Assembly (NCBI GenBank): GCA_045603085.1
Contig: JAZULL010000100.1
Coordinates: 1,808 to 65,807 of the forward strand
From: Eubacteriales bacterium
Lineage (GTDB): Bacteria; Bacillota; Clostridia; Oscillospirales; CAG-272
Direction of reading: 5' to 3'
Length of the DNA: 64,000 bases
The translations under genes were made by a program, and so were the position numbers. This document shows, piece after piece, positions 1 to 9,300 of the stretch (positions are counted from its first letter, which is position 1; the number at the start of each line of letters is the position of its first letter). The notes beneath the pieces were generated by a model, which did not search any database, was not told the origin of the DNA, and saw only the letters and a list, made by a program, of their open reading frames with translations.

Positions 1-701
1 GACTGGTTCATGCGCACAATGGGAGATATGATACTGCGCGCAAACGTCACAGCCAGCAGCAATGCCAGCAAAATAAGGATCAGGGCGATCCAGAAAAACT
101 GCGTTTTCAGGGTATCCACTGTGGCACTGAGCGGCGTCAGCTCGCTGTTGAGCATGATGACGTACGGCGTCTCTCCCTCGCGGCAAACGTCCACGCGCAC
201 CATACTCATACGCTGGGCCTCTCCCCGGGGACTGACGGGCTTGTGCGCCCCGAGGCTGTCCGAGATCTCGATCCTGCCGCCCGACAGCGGAATGACGGTG
301 GTATAGCTCCCGTTTGAAGCGACCGATTTATTATACAGCTCGGATAACGTTGCGCCGTTGATATGGTGCAGGTAGCAGCCCTCGGCCACGTCGGCGTTGG
401 CAATCTCAACCGCGCGGTTGGTGGACTCGATGCGGAACACGCGGATGCACACGCCGTGCTCGGCCGCGTATTGATACACCAGCCCGTCCAGCTCGTTTTC
501 GTCCTTGTGGAGACTTTGCTCAATGACCTCGGTCAGATTCTGCATCTCGTTCATTTTGGCAGTGCGGTAAAAGAAATTGAGCAGCATGACCTGAAAGACC
601 CATAGCACCGCCAGCATCATGGTCATAAAGATCAGAAAATACAAAAGCAGCTTGATGGTTACGCCCGGATAAGAGCGTTTCTGATGTGGCTTCTCACTCA
701 T
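1..701 (-). CDS. sensor histidine kinase, N-terminal portion (gene continues beyond window start)
   Basis: The minus-strand frame is open from ATG at 701 down to base 1 (checked codon by codon). It is absent from the ORF track because no stop lies in the window. The translation MSEKPHQKRSYPGVTIKLLLYFLIFMTMMLAVLWVF... shows a TM helix, a ~150-aa extracytoplasmic segment and a second TM helix (FFWIALILILLALLLAVTFA). Its ATG overlaps the stop of the upstream response regulator (ATGA). Confidence 0.7.
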   Translation of the reverse strand, partial: MSEKPHQKRSYPGVTIKLLLYFLIFMTMMLAVLWVFQVMLLNFFYRTAKMNEMQNLTEVIEQSLHKDENELDGLVYQYAAEHGVCIRVFRIESTNRAVEIANADVAEGCYLHHINGATLSELYNKSVASNGSYTTVIPLSGGRIEISDSLGAHKPVSPRGEAQRMSMVRVDVCREGETPYVIMLNSELTPLSATVDTLKTQFFWIALILILLALLLAVTFARSIISPIVRMNQ

Positions 702-1393
702 TTGACTTCTTCAAAGCGGTAGCCCATGCCGCGCAGGGTGACAATGTAGGCGCTGTATCTGCCAAGGCTCTTGCGCAGCAGCTTGATATGGGTGTCCAGC
801 GTTCTGGCATCGCCGTAAAAATCATAGCCCCAGACCTCGCTGATCAGCTTTTCACGCGACAGCGCGATGTTGCGGTTTTCCAGCATGTAAAAGAACAGAT
901 CGTATTCCTTGGGAGACATATCCACGCGCTGGCCGTCGATATATACGATGCGCGCGGTCAGATCGGCGCGCAGTCCGCCGCCGTCCAGCTCAATGATCTG
1001 ATTTTGCGGTCTTGCCGCAGTCTCGGTATTTCTGCCCACGCGCTTCATGACCGCCTCGATACGGAGCATGAGCTCCTTGGGCGAGAACGGCTTGACAACG
1101 TAGTCGTCAATCCCCAGCTCAAAGCCGTTGATCTTGTCGTATTCTTCTCCTCTTGCGGACAGCATGATGATGGGCGTCTGTGTGATCTTACGGATCTCGC
1201 GGCACGCCGAAAAGCCGTCCAGCTCGGGCATCATGATGTCCATGATGATCATATCAAAGGTCTTTTCGCGGCACTGGTAAACGGCGTCCATGCCGTCAGC
1301 CGCCTCGGTGACCTTGTGCCCTTCAAATTCTGCATACTTGCGGATAATGGCGCGGATTCTGGACTCGTCGTCCACAACTAAAATATGATACAT
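698..1393 (-). CDS. OmpR/PhoB-family response regulator
   Basis: Receiver motifs MYHILVVDDESRIR and DIMMPELDG, plus a C-terminal winged helix (LSPKEYDLFFYM...LRGMGYRF). GGAGGG lies 7 nt upstream of ATG 1393. The ORF-track start at 1483 is an upstream extension without an RBS. Confidence 0.9.
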   Translation of the reverse strand: MYHILVVDDESRIRAIIRKYAEFEGHKVTEAADGMDAVYQCREKTFDMIIMDIMMPELDGFSACREIRKITQTPIIMLSARGEEYDKINGFELGIDDYVVKPFSPKELMLRIEAVMKRVGRNTETAARPQNQIIELDGGGLRADLTARIVYIDGQRVDMSPKEYDLFFYMLENRNIALSREKLISEVWGYDFYGDARTLDTHIKLLRKSLGRYSAYIVTLRGMGYRFEEVK

Positions 1394-1514
1394 ATAACGT
1401 CCCTCCTGTCCACATTTCATCTTCATTATAAAGAATCTTTGTGACAGTTTCATGAAGATATCATAAATTGTCGTTGAATTCAAAAAAATCCGTCAAAAGA
1501 CGGGACGTTTTTAC

Positions 1515-1543
1515 TTGTGTTTTTCACGGTTATTTGATATAAT
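1515..1543 (+). promoter_or_regulatory. sigma-A-type promoter candidate (TTGTGT-17 nt-TATAAT)
   Basis: TTGTGT at 1515-1520, a 17-nt spacer and TATAAT at 1538-1543, about 30 nt upstream of the AAGGAGG RBS and GTG start at 1574. Confidence 0.5.
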
Positions 1544-1573
1544 AGAACCAATAAATATAAGGAGGACGCTGAC

Positions 1574-2392
1574 GTGGTGGATTTCAAGCAATATTTTCCT
1601 GACGGCATTCCGGTTGCAAGACCCGTGCCGCTCTCGGTCTGCCGCGTGCTGCGCCCTTATCTTCTGGAGCGCGCGGGCATTACAGTTGACGGAGTCAACA
1701 CCGGCTCGGTGGTCATGCTGGCCGTGCCCTATGCCGTGCCGCTGGAGAGGCAGACCGTGTCATGCTATGCGGTGGCAAAGGACTACCACTCCTATTTTGC
1801 ATCGCTGTTTACAGAGGTACTGGCCAAGCTGCGCGCGGATTTTCCCGATCACGTCTTTGCGGGCTTTGCCGATCACTCCCCCATTGACGAGGTGCACGCC
1901 GCCTGCGTCTCGGGGCTTGGCGTGATGGGCGAGCACGGTCTTTTGCTGACGCGCGAGCACAGCTCCTACGTGTTCCTTGGTGAGATCATCACCACGATTC
2001 CCACCGACAATCTCCCCTGCGAGGTGGCAGGCTGTCAAGGGTGCGGTGCATGCCGCCGCGCCTGCCCCGTGGGGCTTGACAAGCGGCTGTGCCTGTCCGA
2101 GCTGACCCAGAAAAAAGGCGCACTTGACGACGCCGCGCGTGCCCGCCTGCAGGATCACCCCTACGTCTGGGGATGCGATATCTGCCAAGAGGTCTGCCCC
2201 TACACCAAGGCGGCCAAAAATGCCGGAACGCTTTACACCACCGTTCCGTATTTTAAGGAGGATCTGCTGCCCTGCCCTGATATCGCCGCCATTGACGGCA
2301 TGTCGGACGAGCAATTCTCTGCCCGCGCGTATGCCTGGCGCGGTCGCGATACCATTCGAAGAAATATTCTGATCAAGGAGGAGCGTCAATGA
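1574..2392 (+). CDS. QueG-like epoxyqueuosine reductase family 4Fe-4S protein (short form)
   Basis: 272 aa. It has the pattern YAVAKDYHSYF...GLGVMGEHGLLLTREHSSYVFLGEIIT, two Cys clusters (CQGCGACRRACP and WGCDICQEVCP) and a GTG start after AAGGAGG. Its stop overlaps the addB ATG. Confidence 0.6.
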   Translation: MVDFKQYFPDGIPVARPVPLSVCRVLRPYLLERAGITVDGVNTGSVVMLAVPYAVPLERQTVSCYAVAKDYHSYFASLFTEVLAKLRADFPDHVFAGFADHSPIDEVHAACVSGLGVMGEHGLLLTREHSSYVFLGEIITTIPTDNLPCEVAGCQGCGACRRACPVGLDKRLCLSELTQKKGALDDAARARLQDHPYVWGCDICQEVCPYTKAAKNAGTLYTTVPYFKEDLLPCPDIAAIDGMSDEQFSARAYAWRGRDTIRRNILIKEERQ

Positions 2393-5300
2393 TCACGTTT
2401 GTATTCGGCCATTCGGGCTGCGGTAAATCCGATTATATTGAGCAATGCATCCGCGACGGTGCGGCAAACGGTCAGCGCGCCATCCTGATCGTGCCCGAGC
2501 AGGAGGTCTACTCAGCCGAGCACCGCCTGCTCTCTACTCTGCCTGCCGGCGCAGGCTTGCGCTTTGAAATTCTCAGCTTTTCCCGCCTTGCCGAGAAGGT
2601 ATTCGGCATTTGCGGCGGCGTAGCTGCCGAGCCCATGAGCGCAGCGGCCCGCTCACTCTACATGTGGAAAACGCTTCGCTCTCTCTCGGGTATGCTGGAG
2701 CAATACAGAAACACCGAGGACGTCTCTCTCCCCGCGCTGATGCTGGGCGCGACCGAGGAGCTTCGCGCGACAGGCATCACCCCTGCCGAGCTGGAGCAGA
2801 CGCTTGAGAAAATGGATAAGAGCTCTCCGCTCTATAAGAAAATGCGCGATATTTCCCTTGTGTGGTCCTGCTTTGAGCTTTCCCTGGAGCAGGGCTTTGG
2901 CGGTGACCCCGCAGACAAGCTTTCCTTATTGGCAGACGCCCTGGAGAGATTTGACTTCTTTGCGGGATGCCACGTCTATATCGATTCGTTTACCAGCTTT
3001 ACCGCGCCCGAATACCGTGTCCTGCGGCAGATCTTTGCCACCGCCGAGGGCGCGACCGTGACGCTCTGCCTGCCCGACGCCAAGAGTGCGCCGCCTCACA
3101 TGGAAGAGATCCGTCAGACCTATCTGCGTCTTGCCCGCGCCTGCCGCGAGCTGGACGTCCCCACCGATCACGTCACGCTTTATCAAAACATCCGCGCCGC
3201 GCACCCCGCATTGGTTGCGCTGGAGCAAAAGCTTTGGAATTTTTCTGCCGATCCTATGGAAAAGACGGGCGAGCAGATGCCCGTTTCGATGTTTGTCTGC
3301 GACACCCCCTACGCCGAGGCCGATGCCGCCGCTCTGCATATCGTGGAGCTGATGAACGGGGGCTATGCCCCCGGTGAGATTGCTGTGGTCGTGCGTGACG
3401 TTGAGGCTTGGCGCGGCATTCTGGATCGCGCGATGGAGCAATATCACGTCCCCTACTTTCTCTCGCGCCGCACCGACGTTTGCAGCTACCCCGTGGCAAG
3501 GCTTTTGCAAAGTGCTTTGCGCTGTGTTTGCACGGGCTACCGCCGCGCCGACGTCATGACACTTCTGCACACGGGTCTTTGCGGTGTGGAAAACGCCGAC
3601 ATGGATCGCTTTGAGGACTACTGCGAGACCTGGAACATTGGCGGCTCTCGCTTTTTCGCCGACGTCTGGACTATGAATCCCGACGGTTACGCCGAAGCTA
3701 TGTCCCCGCGCGCCGTGGAAATTCTGGCCGCGGCCAACCGCGTACGCCATGCAGTCATTCTCCCCTTGCAGACGCTGGAGATCAGACTCCGTGCCGCGCG
3801 CGTCGTGCCGGACATGTGTGCCGCGGTGTGGGAATACCTGCAAGCCCTGCAGGTACCTGAAAAGCTTGCCGATCTTGCCGCCACTCAGCTCTCGCTGGAT
3901 CACGTGCGCGAGGCCGGCGACACGGTTCGCATTTACGATTTCATCTCCGAAATACTTGCCGAGCTGGCAACCCTGATGCAAGACGAAACGCTGACTCCTG
4001 CCGAATTCTCGCAGGCGCTCTCGGTCATGATGGCCAAAAGCGATATGGGCTCGGTGCCCTCGGTGCAGGATTGCGTTATGATCGGCTCAGCTGCCACCAT
4101 GCGCGTTGACCGCGTCAAGGTCTCGCTTTTGCTTGGTCTGAACGAGGGGGAATTCCCCGCCGCCGTGACCGACTCCGGTCTGCTTTCCGAGCACGACAAG
4201 CTGACGCTGGGCGAGCTGGGTCTTGCGATGCACAACACCAAGGAGATCCGCTCTGCGGCCGAGCTCTTCTACGTTTACCGCGCCATGACCAAGCCCGAGC
4301 GACTGCTCTATCTGTCACGCTGTGAGAAAAACACGGGCGGTAAGGATAACTCACCCTCGGTGGCATGGCAACGTGTTCTGTATCTCTTCCCCGATTGCGC
4401 ACCCGTGCACGTGCACCTGCCCACGTCCCGTCCCGCAATGGCGGATGGCGACGCGCCCGTACACCTGCCCGCGCTCTCTCCCGAGGCCGCACGTGCTCTG
4501 CTTGGCGACAAGCTTTACTTAAGCAAATCCAAAATTCAGGTGTTTGCAAGCTGTCCTTACCGCTTTTTCTCGGAAAATATTCTGAATCTGCGCGAGCGTG
4601 CTCCCGCAACCGTCAGCTATGCCGACGCGGGCTCGTTTATCCACTACGTGCTGGAGCACTTTATCAAGGCCTGCATGGGTGAGGACGGCCGCGTGCACCC
4701 GCTTGACGAGGCTGAAACCGAAGCCTTGGCTGACAGCATTATTGCGGTTTATATCCGCGCTGTCTGTCACAGCGACACAGAGGCTGTCCCCGCATCGCTC
4801 ATGCATCGCTTTTGCAAGCTCCGCGAGCTGGCTCTGGCTTTGCTCAAGACCCTGATGAGTGAGTTTACGCAGGGTCTGTTTATCCCCGTGGCATTTGAGC
4901 AAAAGATCTCGGAATACGATCCCGCCTCTCCCTCTCCCATGCTGCTGCCCGTGGGCGATTCCCCCCTGCCCGTGGTGTGCATCGGCGGCACGGTCGACCG
5001 CGTGGACCTGTGGCGGCACGAGGGTAAAACCTACCTGCGCATCGTGGACTATAAGACCGGCTCTAACAAATTCAAGCTGGAGGATGCCTACAACGGCAGC
5101 GACATTCAGCTTCCTCTCTACCTCTTTACCGTCTGCGCGCCCGAAAACGCGCGGCTGTACGACAAGGATGGGCAGGTCGTGCCCTCTGCGGCACTCTATT
5201 TTTCGGCATCCGAGGAAAACGGCGTTCCACAGCCATTTTCCAGCGGCATCATTCTTGCAGAGGACGGTGTGCCCACCGCCATTGACCCCGAGGCAGACCC

Positions 5301-5496
5301 CACCAAGAAAAAGGCCGGCACACTCTACTGCACTGCAGAGGAGTTTGCCGAGATCAACAGAAATATTCAGAATACGGTGCGCGATATCGCCGCGCAGATG
5401 TATAGCGGCATCATCGAAAAGCGCCCCTGCAAGCAGGCCTGCGGCTTTTGCCGCATCAAGGACAGCTGTGACGTGGCTGTCAAAAACAACTTTTAA
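2389..5496 (+). CDS. addB: helicase-nuclease complex AddAB, subunit B
   Basis: 1035 aa. N-terminal P-loop GHSGCGKS; C-terminal RecB-type nuclease (VDRVDL...VDYKTG) bracketed by Fe-S cysteines (FASCPYRFF ... CKQACGFCRIKDSC). It is followed directly by addA. Confidence 0.9.
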   Translation: MITFVFGHSGCGKSDYIEQCIRDGAANGQRAILIVPEQEVYSAEHRLLSTLPAGAGLRFEILSFSRLAEKVFGICGGVAAEPMSAAARSLYMWKTLRSLSGMLEQYRNTEDVSLPALMLGATEELRATGITPAELEQTLEKMDKSSPLYKKMRDISLVWSCFELSLEQGFGGDPADKLSLLADALERFDFFAGCHVYIDSFTSFTAPEYRVLRQIFATAEGATVTLCLPDAKSAPPHMEEIRQTYLRLARACRELDVPTDHVTLYQNIRAAHPALVALEQKLWNFSADPMEKTGEQMPVSMFVCDTPYAEADAAALHIVELMNGGYAPGEIAVVVRDVEAWRGILDRAMEQYHVPYFLSRRTDVCSYPVARLLQSALRCVCTGYRRADVMTLLHTGLCGVENADMDRFEDYCETWNIGGSRFFADVWTMNPDGYAEAMSPRAVEILAAANRVRHAVILPLQTLEIRLRAARVVPDMCAAVWEYLQALQVPEKLADLAATQLSLDHVREAGDTVRIYDFISEILAELATLMQDETLTPAEFSQALSVMMAKSDMGSVPSVQDCVMIGSAATMRVDRVKVSLLLGLNEGEFPAAVTDSGLLSEHDKLTLGELGLAMHNTKEIRSAAELFYVYRAMTKPERLLYLSRCEKNTGGKDNSPSVAWQRVLYLFPDCAPVHVHLPTSRPAMADGDAPVHLPALSPEAARALLGDKLYLSKSKIQVFASCPYRFFSENILNLRERAPATVSYADAGSFIHYVLEHFIKACMGEDGRVHPLDEAETEALADSIIAVYIRAVCHSDTEAVPASLMHRFCKLRELALALLKTLMSEFTQGLFIPVAFEQKISEYDPASPSPMLLPVGDSPLPVVCIGGTVDRVDLWRHEGKTYLRIVDYKTGSNKFKLEDAYNGSDIQLPLYLFTVCAPENARLYDKDGQVVPSAALYFSASEENGVPQPFSSGIILAEDGVPTAIDPEADPTKKKAGTLYCTAEEFAEINRNIQNTVRDIAAQMYSGIIEKRPCKQACGFCRIKDSCDVAVKNNF

Positions 5497-5511
5497 GGAA
5501 AGGAGATCAGT

Positions 5512-8500
5512 ATGGCACGCACCTGGACACCGGCGCAAAGCGCCGCTATGCAGTATCAAGACACCTCGCTCCTGGTCTCCGCCGCGGCAGGCTCGGGCAA
5601 GACCGCGACTCTGACGCAACGCATCATCAATCAGATCACCAATGACGAGAGCTGCACGCTGGAGCGTATGCTGATCGTCCCCTTCACCCGCGCGGCAGCC
5701 GCAGAGCTTCGTTCCCGCATTGCCTCTGCACTGACCGAGGCCATTGCGCGCGATCCCTCCAACCGCCACCTCAACAGTCAGCTTCTGCTTTTACCGGGCG
5801 CACACATTCATACCATCGACGCCTTTTTCGGCGAGCCGGTACGCGCCAATTTCGAGCGCCTGGGGCTCAATGCAAGCCTGCGCATGGCGGACGACGGCGA
5901 GGCGGGCGCGGTGGCTACCGCCATCATGGAGGAGGTCATGGAGTCGTTTTACGAGGACTGCCGTGACACAAAGGACGGTGTGCTGGGACTGTCCCGCGAG
6001 AGCACCTTCCTGCGCTTTGTGGAAACGCTGGTCTCCTCGCGTGATTTCTCTGCTCTCTTGCCCACGCTGATCTCACTTTACGGCAAGCTGGTTACCTCTG
6101 AGGCCGGCGTGGAGCGCATCCTGGAGATGGCCGAGCGACTCCGGGCTGAGGCCGAGAACGATTTCTTCGAATCCCTTTGGGGCAAGCAGCTGCGCGATCA
6201 CACGGTCAATTCCCTGCTGGCGCTGGAGCAGAAATTCCTCAAGGCCGGGGAGCAGATCGTCGATGATCCCGTCTGCGGAGCCTCCTTTGCCATGATGTTT
6301 GAAGCCGACGCCGCACGCTGCGGTATGATCGCGCATGGCCTGCAAAACGGCAAATATACCGATGCGACACAGGTCTTTGCCGCACATCCCCCCGTTAAAA
6401 AGCCAACCGTCAAGAAGGATCAGAAGACCCCGCTTTGCGAGGAATTTGAGGCCTTCCGTAAAAAGCTGAACGAAAAGATCAGGAAAATGACCGAGGATTT
6501 CACGGTCGATCCCGCCGAGATCCGTGCACAGCTGCTGGCCACGGCTGATATCTGCCACACGCTCCACCGTATTATGTCGGAATTCGAGGTGCGGTATGCA
6601 GAGGAGAAAAAGCGCCTTGGCATTTGCGAATTTGCGGATATGCCGCGCTTTATGCTCAGGCTTTTGCAAAACCCCGACGGCTCGTACACCGACCTTGCCA
6701 AGTCCTATCAGGAAAAATTCGACTGGGTCTATATTGACGAATATCAGGACGTCAACCAGCTGCAGGACAAGATCTTTGCCATCATAGGCGGCGACCACCG
6801 CTTTATGGTGGGCGACATCAAGCAGAGCATTTACGGCTTCCGTGAGGCCGATCCCTCGATCTTTTCGGGCTACCGCCGTGCCTTTGCCACGCTGACGCCA
6901 AAGGATCTGGACAATCCCCCCGCGACCGATCTTGGCTGCGTGCTGTTTATGTCCGAAAACTTCCGCTGCGACAAAAACGTGATCGATTTCACCAACATGG
7001 TGTGCAGCTATATCTTTTCGGCCTGCCCCGAGACCATCGGCTACCGCGCCGACGACGATCTGATCCACAGAAAGCAGACGCCCGAGGGCTATCGCAGTCC
7101 GCTTGTGCGCGTTATGATCACACAGCCCACAGATGCCGACGAGCACGACGAGGACGAGGACGACGCCGACACGGGCGACCTTGATACCGAAACGGTAGCG
7201 GCGGTCAATGAGATCATTCGTCTTTTGCGCGAAGAAAAAAAGGCTGACGGCACCCCCATTCTCCCCTCAGATATTGCCATTCTTTCCCGTACCAAGGCGC
7301 CCTTGACCGTATTTGCCAAGGCGCTGGGTGACGCGGGCGTTCCCGTATCCATGCAATCGGGCGGTCAGCTTTACGGAAAAAGACGCTATAAATTCTGGCT
7401 CTCGCTCCTGGACGTCATCGACAATCCCTCGCAGGATATTCCGCTGGCTTATCTGCTGACCGAGCCGCAGACCGACGCCCCTGCGCCCTTTGCGCCCGAG
7501 CAGCTGGCCCGCGTGCGACAGCACGCCCCCGCAGGGCACTCGCTTTACGGTGCGCTGGAGCTTTACGCCGAGGACGGCGAGGACGGCGCGCTCGCCGCGA
7601 CCTGCAAGACCTTCTGCACCTGGCTGCAAGCCCTGCGCGATATGTCCGCAAGGCTTGGCGCGGATGCCCTTTTGACCTATCTTGCGCAGGACACGTATCT
7701 TGCGCCCTTAGCGGACGGAGAGATCTTCCTCTCGCTTTATGAAAGTGCCCGACAGTTCACCAAAAAGAACTGGAACGGACTTTACGGCTTTGTTCGCGCA
7801 CAGCATCGCGCGGCATCCTCCGACGGAGGCTCGTCCGAGGCCTCCTTGGCGGGCGGCGGTGTTGCCATTATGACGGTGCACCATTCCAAGGGACTGGAGT
7901 TCCCCGTGTGCTTTATGGTCAAGTGCGGTAAGCAATTCAACCGTAAGGACAGCCAGAAGGTACTGATCTACGACAAGGATATGGGAATCGGCATCAAGCT
8001 GACCGACGGGGGCGGCAAGAAGAACACACTTCTGCGCCGCGCCATGTCGCTGGGTAAGATTCACACCGGCACCGAGGAAGAAATGAGAACACTTTACGTT
8101 GCGCTGACGCGTGCGCGTGAGCGACTGTACGTGACCGGTAAGATCGGCAAAAGCTACGAAAAGACGTGGCGCGAATGCTGCATGAGCAGCCCTGCCGATA
8201 TCCTGCAAGCGCCTGACAATCTGACCTGGGTGCTTTGCGCCATGGCCACCTCGGACAAGGCAAAGGAGTGCGCTACCGTGGAGCTCTTTGACAAGGGGCA
8301 GGTTACTCTTGATCATTACACCCATACCGTGACCGAGCTTGCCGCAAAGCAGGAGCGACACAGCACCGATAAATATGCTGCGCTGATGGAGCTTGCCCGC
8401 ATGCAGAGTGAGCACACCTCGCTGCTCTGGCGCATTCCCGCCAAGGCCGCAGCCTCCAAGCTCTCCCCCAACATGCTGGACACCGACTTCTGCTTTACCG

Positions 8501-9168
8501 AAGAGGGGGGAGCAGATCGCGCCGAGGTGCAATCCCGGGAGGCGCTGGAGCGCAGACTTGCGCAGATGCACTCCGAAAAGCCGGATTTCTTTGCGCTGAT
8601 GGCCGAGAACACCAAGCCCACGGCCGCCGAGCGCGGCACGGCGGCGCACCTTTTCCTGCAATACTGCGACTTTGCCCGCGTGGCCGAGCACGGCATTGCC
8701 GAGGAAATGGAACGGCTTGTGCGCGAGAGATTCATCACACCGCGCGCATCGAAAATTATCGACCTGCGCGCCCTGCAGACCTTCTTTGACAGCGCATTCT
8801 TTGCGCACGTCAAGGACGCGAAAAAGGTCATGCGCGAGGTGCACTTCAACAGCTTTGTGCCGCTGGAGGATTTCACCAACAATCCCGAGATCAGATCGGT
8901 GGTTGCGGGCAAGCACTTGCACGTGCAGGGCTCGATCGACCTGCTCTTGATCGGGCAGGACGGCAGTATTACGCTGTGCGATTACAAGACCGACCGCCCC
9001 ACCCCCGAGGAGCGCCGCGACCACGCGCTGTATCGCGATCGTATGATACAGACCCACAAGGACCAGCTGACGCACTATGCCCGCGCCGTCCGCGAGCTGT
9101 TCGGCCGCGAGCCCGACCGCGCATACGTATTCTCGCTGACACTCGGAGAGGCGATTGAGTTGGCTTGA
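5512..9168 (+). CDS. addA: helicase-nuclease complex AddAB, subunit A (UvrD-type helicase plus RecB nuclease)
   Basis: 1218 aa. Helicase motifs AAAGSGKT, YIDEYQDVN and TVHHSKGLEF...YVALTRARE; C-terminal nuclease GSIDLL...CDYKTD. Confidence 0.92.
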   Translation: MARTWTPAQSAAMQYQDTSLLVSAAAGSGKTATLTQRIINQITNDESCTLERMLIVPFTRAAAAELRSRIASALTEAIARDPSNRHLNSQLLLLPGAHIHTIDAFFGEPVRANFERLGLNASLRMADDGEAGAVATAIMEEVMESFYEDCRDTKDGVLGLSRESTFLRFVETLVSSRDFSALLPTLISLYGKLVTSEAGVERILEMAERLRAEAENDFFESLWGKQLRDHTVNSLLALEQKFLKAGEQIVDDPVCGASFAMMFEADAARCGMIAHGLQNGKYTDATQVFAAHPPVKKPTVKKDQKTPLCEEFEAFRKKLNEKIRKMTEDFTVDPAEIRAQLLATADICHTLHRIMSEFEVRYAEEKKRLGICEFADMPRFMLRLLQNPDGSYTDLAKSYQEKFDWVYIDEYQDVNQLQDKIFAIIGGDHRFMVGDIKQSIYGFREADPSIFSGYRRAFATLTPKDLDNPPATDLGCVLFMSENFRCDKNVIDFTNMVCSYIFSACPETIGYRADDDLIHRKQTPEGYRSPLVRVMITQPTDADEHDEDEDDADTGDLDTETVAAVNEIIRLLREEKKADGTPILPSDIAILSRTKAPLTVFAKALGDAGVPVSMQSGGQLYGKRRYKFWLSLLDVIDNPSQDIPLAYLLTEPQTDAPAPFAPEQLARVRQHAPAGHSLYGALELYAEDGEDGALAATCKTFCTWLQALRDMSARLGADALLTYLAQDTYLAPLADGEIFLSLYESARQFTKKNWNGLYGFVRAQHRAASSDGGSSEASLAGGGVAIMTVHHSKGLEFPVCFMVKCGKQFNRKDSQKVLIYDKDMGIGIKLTDGGGKKNTLLRRAMSLGKIHTGTEEEMRTLYVALTRARERLYVTGKIGKSYEKTWRECCMSSPADILQAPDNLTWVLCAMATSDKAKECATVELFDKGQVTLDHYTHTVTELAAKQERHSTDKYAALMELARMQSEHTSLLWRIPAKAAASKLSPNMLDTDFCFTEEGGADRAEVQSREALERRLAQMHSEKPDFFALMAENTKPTAAERGTAAHLFLQYCDFARVAEHGIAEEMERLVRERFITPRASKIIDLRALQTFFDSAFFAHVKDAKKVMREVHFNSFVPLEDFTNNPEIRSVVAGKHLHVQGSIDLLLIGQDGSITLCDYKTDRPTPEERRDHALYRDRMIQTHKDQLTHYARAVRELFGREPDRAYVFSLTLGEAIELA

Positions 9169-9184
9169 CAAAATCATAATAAAA

Positions 9185-9277
9185 GGACCGTCGAGGACGC
9201 CGGTCCCTACAGAAAAAAGTGTTGCCATCTATACGGCAATTCATTTCTGTTGTAGGGATCGACGTCCTCGACGGTCC
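9185..9277. terminator. long imperfect inverted repeat between convergent genes (likely bidirectional terminator / REP-like element)
   Basis: Left arm GGACCGTCGAGGACGCCGGTCCCTACAG (9185-9212) pairs with the right arm CTGTTGTAGGGATCGACGTCCTCGACGGTCC (9247-9277). The ~26-bp stem has one mismatch and one G-U, with a ~34-nt loop. On the minus strand it is followed by TTTTATTATGATTTT. Confidence 0.6.
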
Positions 9278-9300
9278 GTTTCACAATCATGCACGGCATG

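Noticed and set aside
1489-1512. Short hairpin CCGTC-AAAA-GACGG flanked by A/T runs between the divergent RR and QueG-like genes.
   Set aside because: The stem is only 5 bp, and both neighbouring genes point away from it, so there is nothing to terminate.
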